A stretch of DNA of 64,000 nt from a virus: IMG/VR virus record IMGVR_UViG_3300036770_006330, one strand, 5' to 3'. The notes beneath the pieces were generated by a model that saw nothing but the letters and a program-made list of their open reading frames with translations, had not been told where the DNA came from and did not search any database. Positions 46,188-56,162 of this stretch are shown piece by piece. The translations under genes and the position numbers were made by a program. Each line of letters starts with the position of its first letter. Within the stretch, counting starts at the first letter, position 1.

Positions 46188-46476
46188 GGTATCTCCTGTA
46201 GGTTCGGTTTCCACCCTTAGTTGACGGATAAGAGCACCGCTTGGTCAGTAAATGTCAAATGACATTGGACACATGGTGTTACAGCAGCGCCAGGTCGCCG
46301 TCGACAGCTGAGCTTGCGGCCCGGCCGGGCTCGAGGGACATCAAGCTCCCGGGACTTCGGTGCCGTCGGCAAGCGCTTCATCTTCTTTTGACGGTGGCGT
46401 ATGACGGGCACAAAGAAGAAGCCCACCCACCCCATAACGCAGGGCAGGTGGGCTTGCTACTTGGGCTAAGCGGTGA

Positions 46477-46890
46477 TTAGCAGCCCATACGCTGTTCGTG
46501 ATAGCGCTCGCTCGCCAGTTCAGACGCAGCGTGGCGGTACTCGGCAATGTAGTCCTGAACCTGTGCGGGTAGGGCTGACTCATTCAGGCGGTGTAACTTG
46601 CCCGAGCCATCGCAATACTCGCAGCGAGCGTCAAACGCACCTTGTGCGTAGTTCAGGCTGAACTCGTCACCGTGCGCTAGCAGTTCGTCAGTAGACATAG
46701 CGCCGAAGCGGTGAGAATGGAAGCCGTTACCACGACAGGTGTCGCAGATAACCCATTCCATCTCAAACTCAAACGGCAGCAGTTCGCCACGCTCAACGGC
46801 ATCAACTAGTGACTCCAATAGGCGTGACTCCGAGGTGTGTAATGCGTAGCGCTTAGCGCTAAGCAGTCCGTCATAGTCGATTTCTGGCAT
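46477..46890 (-). CDS. Cassette gene with DnaJ-type CxxCxGxG Zn finger
   Basis: CDTCRGNG and CEYCDGSG. Confidence 0.75.
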   Translation of the reverse strand: MPEIDYDGLLSAKRYALHTSESRLLESLVDAVERGELLPFEFEMEWVICDTCRGNGFHSHRFGAMSTDELLAHGDEFSLNYAQGAFDARCEYCDGSGKLHRLNESALPAQVQDYIAEYRHAASELASERYHEQRMGC

Positions 46891-47178
46891 AGATGACCCC
46901 CTTGGGTCTGATAGTAGGTAGTTAGATTTTAGGGGCACTAACGGCATAAGTCAAGAGCCGCAGCCGTGTTCGCCGACACACACCCAACGCCGCCGTAGGT
47001 CGTCGCCCGTCGGCTGTCCCCGCCAACCCCCTTCGGCAGTCCCGCCGCCGACGACGCAGATGTCTCGTCTTCTTTTGACGGTGGCGGATGACCGATTACG
47101 GGCACTAAAAAACCACCCCCACAACCGAGATTTATCTCAGCGCAGGGGTGGCTTAGAAGTCAGGCTATCGGGGTTTTG

Positions 47179-47673
47179 CTACACCGCAACCTGTGTGAAT
47201 GGGCAGACTGCCTGCTCTCCGAACACCTTCTCGTAGAGCCAGCGACCGTTTTGCCAGTCGGTTTCCCAGCCCCCATCTGAACCGATGTCTACGCACGAAC
47301 CGTAGATGACCTTCGCACGGATGAGAACGGCTGTTACGACCGTGTCATAGGGCTTCTGGTTCGTCTTACAGAAGTCAAAGATTTGGTGCTTCTTCTCACG
47401 GTCGCCTGCGTAGGCTTTCACCCACCACTCGGGCTGTTCGGGTAGTGCTTCCCACGAAAAGGTTTCGTGGTCTTGGTCGTTTAGTTCTTGACCATTGAAG
47501 CGAAAGTAGCCTTCGGTGAACTCAGGCTCCCCTTTCCCATCCCAGCCAGCGATGACTATTCCTTCCAACTTGGCTTGCTCGATGATTTTCTTAGCGTCAA
47601 GCGCTAGTTTCCCGAACATCCAAGCCGACCCGACATTACGTTTGTCTCGGGTGACGTAGTGCGTGTATCCCAT
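47179..47673 (-). CDS. Cassette gene, conserved phage hypothetical (MGYTHY...HETF...FCKT..KPYD)
   Basis: Recognisable motif set, with its own promoter and terminator. Confidence 0.8.
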   Translation of the reverse strand: MGYTHYVTRDKRNVGSAWMFGKLALDAKKIIEQAKLEGIVIAGWDGKGEPEFTEGYFRFNGQELNDQDHETFSWEALPEQPEWWVKAYAGDREKKHQIFDFCKTNQKPYDTVVTAVLIRAKVIYGSCVDIGSDGGWETDWQNGRWLYEKVFGEQAVCPFTQVAV

Positions 47674-47735
47674 TAGGTAGGTATTCCCCTTTCTTGTTGT
47701 AAGTCAGTCTAGGGGCACTTGGGGTATCTGTCAAA

Positions 47736-47936
47736 CTATCGGATGCGATTTGCTGGGTGGCGTTGCTTGGTCGCAGCCAAAGCATCGCAGTTCAGATGCT
47801 CGTAGCCGACCCCCCGCAGGTGCTTCACGGGAGTCCCGCCATCCATCTGGCAACCACAGTTCAGGCACGTGGCTTGCTTTGCCAGAACAACGACGACTCC
47901 GAGTTTGACTGGGTTATTGGTAATAGTTAGGTTCAT
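47736..47936 (-). CDS. Cassette gene, small Zn-binding protein
   Basis: CLNC...HLNC; leaderless. Confidence 0.65.
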   Translation of the reverse strand: MNLTITNNPVKLGVVVVLAKQATCLNCGCQMDGGTPVKHLRGVGYEHLNCDALAATKQRHPANRIR

Positions 47937-48189
47937 ACAAGCAACTTACCCAACACCCATAAAGAAGTCAAGTATTTCATCGCTGGCGAAGTTCTTATCG
48001 CCGTCGATTTCTCCTACCGGCTTAGTGCTAATCATTTTTGCGCCGGGGCTTGCGGGTTTCCTGAGTTCTTCTTTTGACGGTGGCGGATGACGGGCGTACC
48101 CCAGACCACCTACACGGGCTTGACCTGACCTACCAAATGGTCACGGGAAATGCTTGACTTTCATCCGTGTGGTTCGTAAGTTGGAATGT

Positions 48190-48471
48190 ATGCGTACACC
48201 TACCTATTATCTTGTCCGTACCTATGTCCGTGTGATTTTCTGGACTGCTGTCGCCTTCGGGTTGATTTGGCTGGTCAGCACTTCTGTCGGTTCGTGGGAT
48301 AAATACGAATGTGTAGAAACCAATGTGGTCGTTCAGCCCTACGACACAATGTGGGCTATCGCAGAGAAATACTGTGACGGCAACATTGAGGTCGCAGTAG
48401 CCGATTTGATTTCGGCGCACGGCTCTGCTACGGTTATCGTTGGGCAAACTATTGAGGTGCGTAATAAGTGA
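48190..48471 (+). CDS. Membrane-anchored LysM-domain protein
   Basis: N-terminal TM segment, then VVVQPYDTMWAIAEKY...IIVGQTI. Promoter TTGACT-N17-TAAGTT immediately upstream. Confidence 0.75.
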   Translation: MRTPTYYLVRTYVRVIFWTAVAFGLIWLVSTSVGSWDKYECVETNVVVQPYDTMWAIAEKYCDGNIEVAVADLISAHGSATVIVGQTIEVRNK

Positions 48472-48869
48472 CCGAACAAGATTTTGATAACAAGCGTTAT
48501 GGAGTGGTAGAGAGTGTTCGCCCTTCTTCCGTAATAAAGTGCGACGGTTGCGCCAAAGATGTACCGTGCTTTTCGCAAACAAACCTGCCCGAACACGGCT
48601 TCGTGCTTACGCTTGCGTCAATGGACTACTACGGTGGGTTCAGCGACTTTTTTGATGACGAGCCACCCAAGTTCCTGCTGTGCCACGACTGTTCGTTGGC
48701 ACTCATAACTGCTCTGCCGTTGGTCGCAGAACGCTTACCCCGAGGACTACACCCGTGCGACTTAGATACGCCGTGCTGCGACTATGCGTGGAAATGGATT
48801 AGCGACGGACAATGGAAAGACAACAACCTTCACTTTGCCAAAGACGGCAAATGGGTTCCTGCTTCGTAA
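48468..48869 (+). CDS. Cys-rich hypothetical protein
   Basis: CDGC, YYGGFSD, LCHDC. Confidence 0.65.
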   Translation: MTEQDFDNKRYGVVESVRPSSVIKCDGCAKDVPCFSQTNLPEHGFVLTLASMDYYGGFSDFFDDEPPKFLLCHDCSLALITALPLVAERLPRGLHPCDLDTPCCDYAWKWISDGQWKDNNLHFAKDGKWVPAS

Positions 48870-48924
48870 TGAACAGTATCGCTTTCTCTGTCGTGATTTT
48901 TTTGGTGCTGTTCGTTATCTTGCC

Positions 48925-49119
48925 TTAGTCAAAGAGGCTCATAGCCTGCTCTTTCGGCGGGCTTTCCACGCAGATGCCGTGTGCGTAGCGATACAACTTC
49001 TCTACTTGCTTGATACCACCTGTCTTGCCGACCTTCACCCAGCAAGTGACTTGATGCCAAGTTCCTTCGGCTGTCGGGTCGAGTGGATGTGCGCAGACGA
49101 CGCAGTTGTAGAGGTTCAT
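48925..49119 (-). CDS. Small Zn-binding hypothetical protein
   Basis: CVVC...HGIC; leaderless (TACTAT-N6-ATG). Confidence 0.65.
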   Translation of the reverse strand: MNLYNCVVCAHPLDPTAEGTWHQVTCWVKVGKTGGIKQVEKLYRYAHGICVESPPKEQAMSLFD

Positions 49120-49275
49120 ACCCAGATAGTATCAGCGGGGCTCCCGCCCCCGCAAGGGGACTTCTTCTAACGGTGGCGGATGAGTTGGTCGGGGAATAGA
49201 AAACGGGCAGGCGCACCATCTCGGCACGCCTGCCCGTTAGGGGGTTTGGGGTGTTGTTGGCGAGATAACTCGCTA

Positions 49276-49701
49276 TTAGTAGACGGTCTCCAAGTCGTCT
49301 GCGTTGGCATAGCGCACGGTGTATCCACGCCCCATAGGTACGTCGTGGTGTGCGAGGTTCAGGTGAAGCGTGTCTCCGCTAAGCGAATAGCGCAAGCGCC
49401 ACTCGGCATTGACAGTGACTGCGTGTATGAAGTCACGAACTTTATCCGCAACGAAGGTTCCGCCAACTGAGCGGTTCCACAATGGCAGTCCGTCTATCGC
49501 CCACACACGCTTACCGTGCGTTGCGAGTGAAGGGTTGTTATCCCACCACGCTTTGACTGCGTAGTAGAAGTTGTCTACTTGTTCATCCCAACAACTGCCA
49601 TCGCAGTAGTCAAGTGGTGTGGTTGTGTCGGTGTCTGGGTCGTAGTTAGCGCACGAACAAACATTCGTGAACTCACCATCCCATTCTGGTTTGTTTGTCA
49701 T
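49276..49701 (-). CDS. Cassette gene, hypothetical
   Basis: Leaderless; HHDVPMG motif. Confidence 0.75.
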   Translation of the reverse strand: MTNKPEWDGEFTNVCSCANYDPDTDTTTPLDYCDGSCWDEQVDNFYYAVKAWWDNNPSLATHGKRVWAIDGLPLWNRSVGGTFVADKVRDFIHAVTVNAEWRLRYSLSGDTLHLNLAHHDVPMGRGYTVRYANADDLETVY

Positions 49702-49990
49702 ACCACTATTCTGTCGCACTTTTGCCCCAATGTCAAGTGTTTGGTCGCAGGTCACTTGACTTCGTGCCGGCGAGAGGCTCAGTACCGGCGAGCAAGCCGG
49801 ATGTCTGGTCGAACCGGCGACAGCAACCCGACGACGCCGGCTCAACAGGATGCCGCCCTAGGCGGGGCTTCAGACCCGACGGCAACCTGTCTTGTTTTGA
49901 CGGTGGCGTATGAGCGTAGATAGCACAACGGGCGAGCGCACCCGAAGGTACGCCCGCCCGTAGTCGGGGGGATTTGGGGTTGTTAGGCGA

Positions 49991-50359
49991 CTACTCCCAC
50001 GATGAGAGGTCTAACACCATTTCGGCTAGTTGGTCGCAATAGACCATAGGCGTGCGAGCCTCAACGATTTCGGTATTTGCGTCTTTGCCACGCTTTACGA
50101 AACGGATACGGCTAACCGTGTAGGTGTCTGAGAAGTCAAGCACCACCTCAATACGACGGTCGTGCGTAATCGGCAACAGTACGCCGACATTCTCACCTTG
50201 TTCATCTTTTAGATAGGCGACACGCCCGCCCGACACGCCGAGCATCGTCATCATTCCTATTTGGTGTTTGATTTCGTTCACGTCGCAAGGGCGACCTTCA
50301 CGGATAAGAGAGAGAACAGTCGCCCCTTGACGACCGCCCCATTTGAGTGTTGTTGTCAT
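49991..50359 (-). CDS. Cassette gene, hypothetical
   Basis: Leaderless; SDTYTV..VYCDQL. Confidence 0.75.
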   Translation of the reverse strand: MTTTLKWGGRQGATVLSLIREGRPCDVNEIKHQIGMMTMLGVSGGRVAYLKDEQGENVGVLLPITHDRRIEVVLDFSDTYTVSRIRFVKRGKDANTEIVEARTPMVYCDQLAEMVLDLSSWE

Positions 50360-50404
50360 AGGTTCAGCGTACCACTTGTACCTCAGACTGTCAAGTGTTG
50401 TCGC

Positions 50405-50608
50405 TTAGGCGAAGCGTGGTTCTCCGTGAGGCGGGCAGTCCGAATAGGGGTTCTCGTTCCCCTCGTTATCTTCACAACCGCACCAACCGAATAGTTCTAC
50501 CTGAGTTTCGTGCGTCAGTTCTAGTAGGTCATCATACGAAGGCGACCCACCCAACTCGCTTATGACGATTTTCCAGAAGTCCACGAATAGTTGTTCGCTG
50601 TTTGTCAT
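50405..50608 (-). CDS. Cassette gene, small acidic protein
   Basis: Leaderless, with its own promoter. Confidence 0.7.
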   Translation of the reverse strand: MTNSEQLFVDFWKIVISELGGSPSYDDLLELTHETQVELFGWCGCEDNEGNENPYSDCPPHGEPRFA

Positions 50609-50816
50609 ACCTTCATACTAGGCATAAGTGTCTCAGTTGTCAAGTTTTGGTTGTCCCCTGTTCCCCGCCGTCGTTGGGACAGCAACCCCAACGGGGCTGC
50701 CGAACGGCGGGCACTTCTTCTTCTAACGGTGGCGGATGACTTCACGGGAGAAAAGAAAAGGGCGGGCGCACCGAGTTGGTACGCCCGCCCTTTGGCGGAT
50801 TACTGAGAGTTAGCGC

Positions 50817-51104
50817 TCAGTTGCGCCGCGCCTCAAAGGCGAATAGCCCTGCGAAGGGGTTTGGGTATCCGATTACATCATTTGCCCAGCGCTCAGCGTC
50901 GCTGTTTTGGGTTTCGCAGTCACGGAAGCGCTTTGCCGACGATAGGTAGGTAGCCCCATCACGGTCTTTGCGTATCGCAATAGCGAGTGCTTTGGTGATT
51001 TGGTCGTAATGAACGGTAATCGTGACTGTCGTATCGGGTGTACCCCACCCGTCTGCGACAACCCCAGTCACCGTGTATGTCGGTTTCTTTTTGGTGTTTG
51101 TCAT
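50817..51104 (-). CDS. Cassette gene, hypothetical
   Basis: Leaderless, with its own promoter and terminator. Confidence 0.7.
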   Translation of the reverse strand: MTNTKKKPTYTVTGVVADGWGTPDTTVTITVHYDQITKALAIAIRKDRDGATYLSSAKRFRDCETQNSDAERWANDVIGYPNPFAGLFAFEARRN

Positions 51105-51545
51105 AGCCTAAGGTTAGCCCACTACTGCCCCTAAGTCAAGTTTATTGGGTGTGACTTGCGCCGAGGCGTTGGCTTGGTAGGCGACCCTGACGACGGCAAG
51201 CCCAGACGACGACATCAGTCCCATCCGACAGGTCGGGAGCCCCGCCGGATGGCGGCGGCAACCCCAAAACGCGTTTCTCCTCAGCCGCAGCGCCCGTGTT
51301 GTTAGCGTTTTCGCTAACACTTATTTAGTGCTAAGTCAGCAAACCCTTATTTCACGCCACTCGACTTTTACCGCTTATCGAAGTTCTCGTTCGAGCTGGC
51401 GCCGTCGTCGAGCATCTTCTGGTGTCCCAGCGGGGCTTCGGATGTCCGAACACCTGTTCTTTTGACGGTGGTGGATGAGAAGGGGGTAGAAAGCAGAAAG
51501 CCCGCCACCCGATTACTCGGATGACGGGCTTCTGGATGGGCGTGA

Positions 51546-51977
51546 TTAGAGGCTGACTGTTTCCCGCAGGTACTTGTGCTTCTTGACTAACTTCCAAGTT
51601 GTCTTGTCCCCAACTACCTGAGCCTCATAGACGCAGAGTTTGTCGTCGGCTAGCAGGTAGAGGAACTGCGCCCAACCGAAGTTCTTGCTCTTGTCGGTAA
51701 AGAGGTGCGGTTTATCTTCCTTGTAGGCGATACCGTACCCATCCACGAGCGAGAAATCGTCGGCATTACCGTGCCACATCTCAGCGAGTTTGGTCTTGCT
51801 TGCGTAGATAGATGACCACGCATTTTTCATCAGGTTCTTGCGAGCCTGTTCCAGACCATCACGCCGTACGAGAAGCAGTAGGTCAGGTACTTTTGCGTCT
51901 GGGTATCCATCCCAATGGCAATAGCGACCTCGCCAACCGCCCTTGTGAGGCACAGCGATAATGCTACGAGTTGCCAT
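51546..51977 (-). CDS. Conserved phage hypothetical protein (MATRS.I...YCHWDGYP)
   Basis: Recognisable motif; GAGG RBS. Confidence 0.8.
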   Translation of the reverse strand: MATRSIIAVPHKGGWRGRYCHWDGYPDAKVPDLLLLVRRDGLEQARKNLMKNAWSSIYASKTKLAEMWHGNADDFSLVDGYGIAYKEDKPHLFTDKSKNFGWAQFLYLLADDKLCVYEAQVVGDKTTWKLVKKHKYLRETVSL

Positions 51978-52164
51978 TTAGCACCTCGTCTAGCAACTGA
52001 TAGGTGTCTATGCCCTCAATGAGAGACAGGTTAGACCCGCTATCCCATTTCACATTGAGAACACGGTCACCGAAAGCGTCGGTAAATGAACCGACCACCT
52101 CGCCCTCATCACCCGCCGTTAGACGGGTGTAAGGGTCGTAGGTGTGGACTAAGCGGATACGCAC
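51964..52164 (-). CDS. DUF4314-like protein
   Basis: RIRLV...DPY..L..GDEG.V...D.....VKWDSGS.LSLI.G.D. Confidence 0.75.
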   Translation of the reverse strand: MRIRLVHTYDPYTRLTAGDEGEVVGSFTDAFGDRVLNVKWDSGSNLSLIEGIDTYQLLDEVLNGNS

Positions 52165-52166
52165 GG

Positions 52167-52421
52167 CTATTCCCCGCCCTCATTATCCAAGATGAGGTTT
52201 GCGAAGAAACACTTGGAAGCGGTGTGTCCAATGGTGAGGGACATACCGCACACTCCGAGTGTGTCCAGCAAGTTCATAGCCGTCAGTTCGTCAAGGCTTT
52301 CCAACTCACGGAGTTTTTCCGTCAGTCGTTCAGCCATACGCATTTGGATGACCAGCGTTTCTTCTTCATCCTTATTGGCGAAGAAGTCCACCACATCCTG
52401 TGGGAACTGTGTGGTGTTCAC
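52167..52421 (-). CDS. Hypothetical protein
   Basis: GTGA coupling within the operon. Confidence 0.6.
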   Translation of the reverse strand: MNTTQFPQDVVDFFANKDEEETLVIQMRMAERLTEKLRELESLDELTAMNLLDTLGVCGMSLTIGHTASKCFFANLILDNEGGE

Positions 52422-52651
52422 TTGATACCGTCAAACAGACGGACAGGCTTGACCGACAGCGCAACGCACAGGCGAAGCAGGGTGTCCAGATTTGGCGAGA
52501 AGTGGTTGTTCTCAATGCGGTTCACCGTCTTGCGGTCAATGCCAGCAAGTTCGGCAAGTGCTTGTTGAGAGAGTTCTGCGTCAATGCGGAACTGACGCAA
52601 GCGGTCTGCGACCACTTTCTCCTTCTTGCTCTTGGTTGGTTTGGTTTTCAT
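52418..52651 (-). CDS. XRE/Cro-C1 HTH transcriptional regulator
   Basis: LRQFR....LSQQALAELAGIDRKTVNRIEN....PNLDTL..L..AL. Confidence 0.9.
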   Translation of the reverse strand: MKTKPTKSKKEKVVADRLRQFRIDAELSQQALAELAGIDRKTVNRIENNHFSPNLDTLLRLCVALSVKPVRLFDGIK

Positions 52652-52687
52652 TGGTTGTTTTCTCCTTGTTTGGTTTGGGTATTACAT

Positions 52688-53263
52688 CTAACAGATTTGG
52701 AAACCGCCACAGGCTTTCAGGAAGTTGGCGAACTCACGGATGTTGGCAAGATTTATGGAGTAGTTGGCTTCATTGGGTTCTGTTTCACCCTTGCCATTAC
52801 ATCCATTACAAGTCTGAGAGATTTCGGTCTCGTCTTTCTTGATGGGCAACTTCTTGTATTTCGGAAGTTTCTGCCCGTCACCCACGATGTCTGCCATTAT
52901 GTCGTAGTCGTATGGGTTGCGAGTTTCGCCCGTCTTGGTGTTTTTGTACCAAAGGCGCATACCTGTCGCCATACAATGCGAACACTTGCGCTTTGGCAGA
53001 GACTTGATGTAGTCGTTGCGCTCTTTGATGTATTGCTTTGCCGTGCCGTCTTTGAGCGAAGCGAGCAGACGCTTCCCCAACTCCTCGCTATCCCAGCCAT
53101 CCAAGCCGTCGCCGTCGTTTGAGTGGGCGTTCTTTACCTTGTCGCAGATTTCAGGTGCGACAGCCGAGCAGTAGTCCCACAAGGGATGCCACCACCAAAT
53201 GTTGTTGCGGAAGTATTCGCCACGCTCGCTCGTCGGGTTTTGCCCGTACACATCCATTCCCAT
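52688..53263 (-). CDS. Hypothetical protein with CxxCxxxG Zn finger
   Basis: MGMDVYG..YFRNN.W.W.PLW; CSHCMATG, CNGCNGKG; CGGF.I. Confidence 0.8.
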   Translation of the reverse strand: MGMDVYGQNPTSERGEYFRNNIWWWHPLWDYCSAVAPEICDKVKNAHSNDGDGLDGWDSEELGKRLLASLKDGTAKQYIKERNDYIKSLPKRKCSHCMATGMRLWYKNTKTGETRNPYDYDIMADIVGDGQKLPKYKKLPIKKDETEISQTCNGCNGKGETEPNEANYSINLANIREFANFLKACGGFQIC

Positions 53264-53568
53264 AGTTATTCACTCCTCGTTAGTAGGTGTACCACAAGTT
53301 ATCCGCTATTTACGCTTTCGTCAAGTCTTTCTGGGTGGCTTCTGGCACAGCCCACTTTGGGTATCGCCAGCGTTCGCCGTCGTTCACGCCGGTTCGCCGG
53401 TTTGCGCCACCAGCCGTATCAGCCGGGGCTTCGGGGTTGGCGCACATCTTCTTACGACGGTGGCGTATGAGATGGGGTACGACCCAACACACATCAGTTT
53501 CCAGACAGCACAAAGGGGCTGGCATACCCGAAGGTACACCAGCCCCTTGTGGGTGGGTTTTTGGGGGG

Positions 53569-54060
53569 TTAGTTGCCCTTGGCGAGCATTGAGCGAAGCG
53601 TCTGACGGAGAGCGTCGGCAAGAGTTCCCTTTGCCTGCCCGAAGTCAAGTACGGGTTCGTCATCACCTTGGAAACGAACTGACGAAACCATTTGGTTCGT
53701 CTTGGTTGCGAGCGTGGTTAGACGGACACGCTTGCGCTGTGGGTGCTGTGACGGTTGGCAGTTGTTTCCGTCATTGGGGCTAGCCCAACCGACTGTCTCG
53801 CAGACAAGAGCCACTTCGTTTTCAGCCAGCGTGTGAGTACGGGCAACATTTGCCAGACCTACATACACATCTGGGTATGCGTCTAGGTGACGAACGAAAC
53901 CGTCTGCCGACAGAGCGAACATCTGAGCAGACATACGCTCAAACTCGTCTAGTTTCTTGACGGTTGCCAACTCTTGTAGTGCCTTCTCTGCCGAAGTCAC
54001 CAAGCGTTCTAGGTCTTGGTGGTTCAGGCGTTTCTTTTCTGTTATTGGTTTCTTAGCCAC
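53569..54060 (-). CDS. Cassette gene, hypothetical
   Basis: GTG start with AAGGG RBS; PSQHPQRKRVRL motif. Confidence 0.7.
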   Translation of the reverse strand: MAKKPITEKKRLNHQDLERLVTSAEKALQELATVKKLDEFERMSAQMFALSADGFVRHLDAYPDVYVGLANVARTHTLAENEVALVCETVGWASPNDGNNCQPSQHPQRKRVRLTTLATKTNQMVSSVRFQGDDEPVLDFGQAKGTLADALRQTLRSMLAKGN

Positions 54061-54368
54061 TATTGCTTCCCTTCTGTGAGTGGTACTTACAAGGTACAGG
54101 TAGTAGCCACGCAAGTCAAGTTTCTTCGTGTGACTTGCGACAACGAGCGTTTAGGCAGACCTAACAAGCAGACCCAACGAATAGCACCTGCGCCAAACCT
54201 GCCCCACGCCGTCTGGGACACGACGACGGCGACATCACGGGTCGCACCACCGGGGCTTCGGGGCGACCCGTGTTCTTCTTGTGACGGTGGCGTATGACCC
54301 GTTCGTGGGTACGAGAAAGGGGCGCACCCCCTTTCGGGAGTACGCCCCTGTTGGCTGGTTGCTATCGG

Positions 54369-54728
54369 TTATTCGCCGTTGAGCAAGCCAGAAATGTCGT
54401 CGGGTACGCCTTCTTTGGCGACCAAGAGAGCGTTCGCCGTGACGCTGTATTTGCGAACCATCTTGCTGATGTATTCCTGCTTCGCTTTATCGTCGCCGTG
54501 AAGCATTATCGCTCGGGCTTCGTCTAGTAGTTGCTCTTGGGTGACTTCGCCCTTGTCCACCATTTGCTCTAAGGCTGTGATGAGTTCTCGGGCGATTACT
54601 GCGCTGTAAGTGCGAGCCATAAAGTCACGCACACGCTCGGGCATTTCCCCGTCGCCCTGTGTTGCTTCCCACACTTCTAGAAATGTAGGTATCGGGTTGT
54701 TCTTGTTCGTTTTGGGTGTCCACTCCAT
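54369..54728 (-). CDS. Hypothetical protein
   Basis: AAGGAG RBS; terminator downstream. Confidence 0.7.
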   Translation of the reverse strand: MEWTPKTNKNNPIPTFLEVWEATQGDGEMPERVRDFMARTYSAVIARELITALEQMVDKGEVTQEQLLDEARAIMLHGDDKAKQEYISKMVRKYSVTANALLVAKEGVPDDISGLLNGE

Positions 54729-54739
54729 TGTTGTTCTCC

Positions 54740-55387
54740 TTAGTTGTGCTTGGACATCTCAACCATTTGGCAGTATTTCACGAAAGCGTGAAACACATCT
54801 GGCACACGACCTTGCTGTGGCTCGGTTGCGTCGTAGTGAAACACATCTGCGTCATCTTCATACACAGGTAGTCCGTTGTCGCCGTACTTGTAGAACTGCG
54901 ACATAGTTGCGCTTTCGCCTGTCCACGCAAAGGCTGTGGCGATAAGACCTTCTTCCACATTTGAGAGTGGATTTTCGTGGAAGTCTTTTTCTAGCGCACC
55001 ACGCTCGTAGTCGCCGTCTTGGGTAAGTTTGGCGAGTTCCTTCTTTCCTTCTTCGTTGTTGCTCAGACGACGAGCGAAACCTTCCACAACGAACATCAGG
55101 AAGCGAAACTTGGTAAGACCACTCTCACCCAAGTCGTTGAGCATTTTTGGCAAGGCATCTACGGGGTGGTCGCCATTGGAGAGACACATCTCTATTACCT
55201 GCCCACCAAGACCTTCGTTGCCTTCGTCGTCTTTGATTTCCAGCCCAACGACAACCATTGGGTTCAGGTCTGTGTGTCCTTTGTTTTCTTCACACGCTGA
55301 CGACTTCATACCCTTCGTCAGTTCCATTGTGGAACGGAGTGCGTGTTCCAAGAGTTCCTTCTCGGACATACCTTCTAGGTCTGGCAT
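54740..55387 (-). CDS. Acidic hypothetical protein
   Basis: AAGGAG RBS; TTGACG promoter. Confidence 0.75.
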   Translation of the reverse strand: MPDLEGMSEKELLEHALRSTMELTKGMKSSACEENKGHTDLNPMVVVGLEIKDDEGNEGLGGQVIEMCLSNGDHPVDALPKMLNDLGESGLTKFRFLMFVVEGFARRLSNNEEGKKELAKLTQDGDYERGALEKDFHENPLSNVEEGLIATAFAWTGESATMSQFYKYGDNGLPVYEDDADVFHYDATEPQQGRVPDVFHAFVKYCQMVEMSKHN

Positions 55388-55451
55388 TAGTGATACTCCT
55401 TGCTTGTAGGTACTACTGAGTGTAGGGGGTACAGGGTACAGTCGTCAAGGG

Positions 55452-55721
55452 CTATTCGTCACCCAAGAGATTTCGCAAGTCGGTGTCTAGGTTCTGGGCT
55501 TCGTCTTTGGCTACTTGTTCTTCCCACTCGGCTATGCCCTTGTCGGTGTGCTTATTCAGCATTTCAGCCACTTCCAGCAGGCTTGCTATGTCCTGTTCCT
55601 TGTATTCATAGTCACGGCGCATAAGCGTCACCAGACGGTCTGAAATGGCTTTGTGGACTTCACACATCTGCTGAAAGGTGAGAGTGATAGTTCCTGTGTA
55701 GTTGCTCGGTTCGTGTTCCAT
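55452..55721 (-). CDS. Hypothetical protein
   Basis: Probably leaderless from ATG 55721. Confidence 0.6.
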   Translation of the reverse strand: MEHEPSNYTGTITLTFQQMCEVHKAISDRLVTLMRRDYEYKEQDIASLLEVAEMLNKHTDKGIAEWEEQVAKDEAQNLDTDLRNLLGDE

Positions 55722-55918
55722 ACCCGTACTACGCACGATTTCCAGAAAGTGTGATGCCCGTAGCAAGAAGTTTCCGACGGCACAGCGAACTGCGCCAGCC
55801 ACCAGAAGGTCGGTAGCCCCGTGCGCCATCTTCGCCAGCCGGGGCTTCGGTCTTGTTGCGACGGTGGCGTATGACCCGACGAGAGCGACGGGGGCAGTCG
55901 GCTGGCATAATGGTTGCT

Positions 55919-56074
55919 ATGGGAGAGCGAAAGATACGAGCCAAGTGGCTAGACGGAGAGCGTCAGGCGTTCGCAGACGGCTTGCGCTACCGTGCCGTGC
56001 GCTTCCAAGACCGTAGGAAGCAGACAGCCAAATACCTGTGCCGTCGCCAACCACGCTTCCCCGAAGGCGAGTGA
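55919..56074 (+). CDS. Small basic hypothetical protein
   Basis: CATAAT-N7-ATG arrangement; 51 aa. Confidence 0.4.
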   Translation: MGERKIRAKWLDGERQAFADGLRYRAVRFQDRRKQTAKYLCRRQPRFPEGE

Positions 56075-56162
56075 CGCAGTTCACACGACAAAGACTTGAC
56101 GAAGGCTATTGTCGCCTGTACGGTACAGAGTGCCATACACACCTACTAGGAAGGACTAGATA

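Larger units (their letters stand above)
45304..51139 (-). promoter_or_regulatory. Series of sigmaA-type promoters for leaderless genes
   Basis: TTGACA-N17-CAGAAT-N6-ATG (49701), TTGACA-N17-TACGCT-N6-ATG (50359), TTGACA-N17-TAGTAT-N6-ATG (50608), TTGACT-N17-TAACCT-N6-ATG (51104), TTGACT-N17-TAAGTT-N6-ATG (47936), TTGCTC-N17-TAGAGT-N7-ATG (45297). Confidence 0.85.
44439..54349 (-). terminator. Series of minus-strand intrinsic terminators, one to the right of most repeat copies
   Basis: A-tract plus GC hairpins at about 44439, 44901, 45765, 46411, 47107, 49198, 49927, 50750, 51495, 53511 and 54315. A.C mismatches on + become G.U pairs on -, e.g. GGGCGGGCGCACC-GAGTT-GGTACGCCCGCCC. Confidence 0.8.

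Noticed and set aside
44225-56000. Classical integron attC array
   Set aside because: There are no RYYYAAC/GTTRRRY inverted cores, the cassettes carry their own promoters, and no integrase is present in the window.
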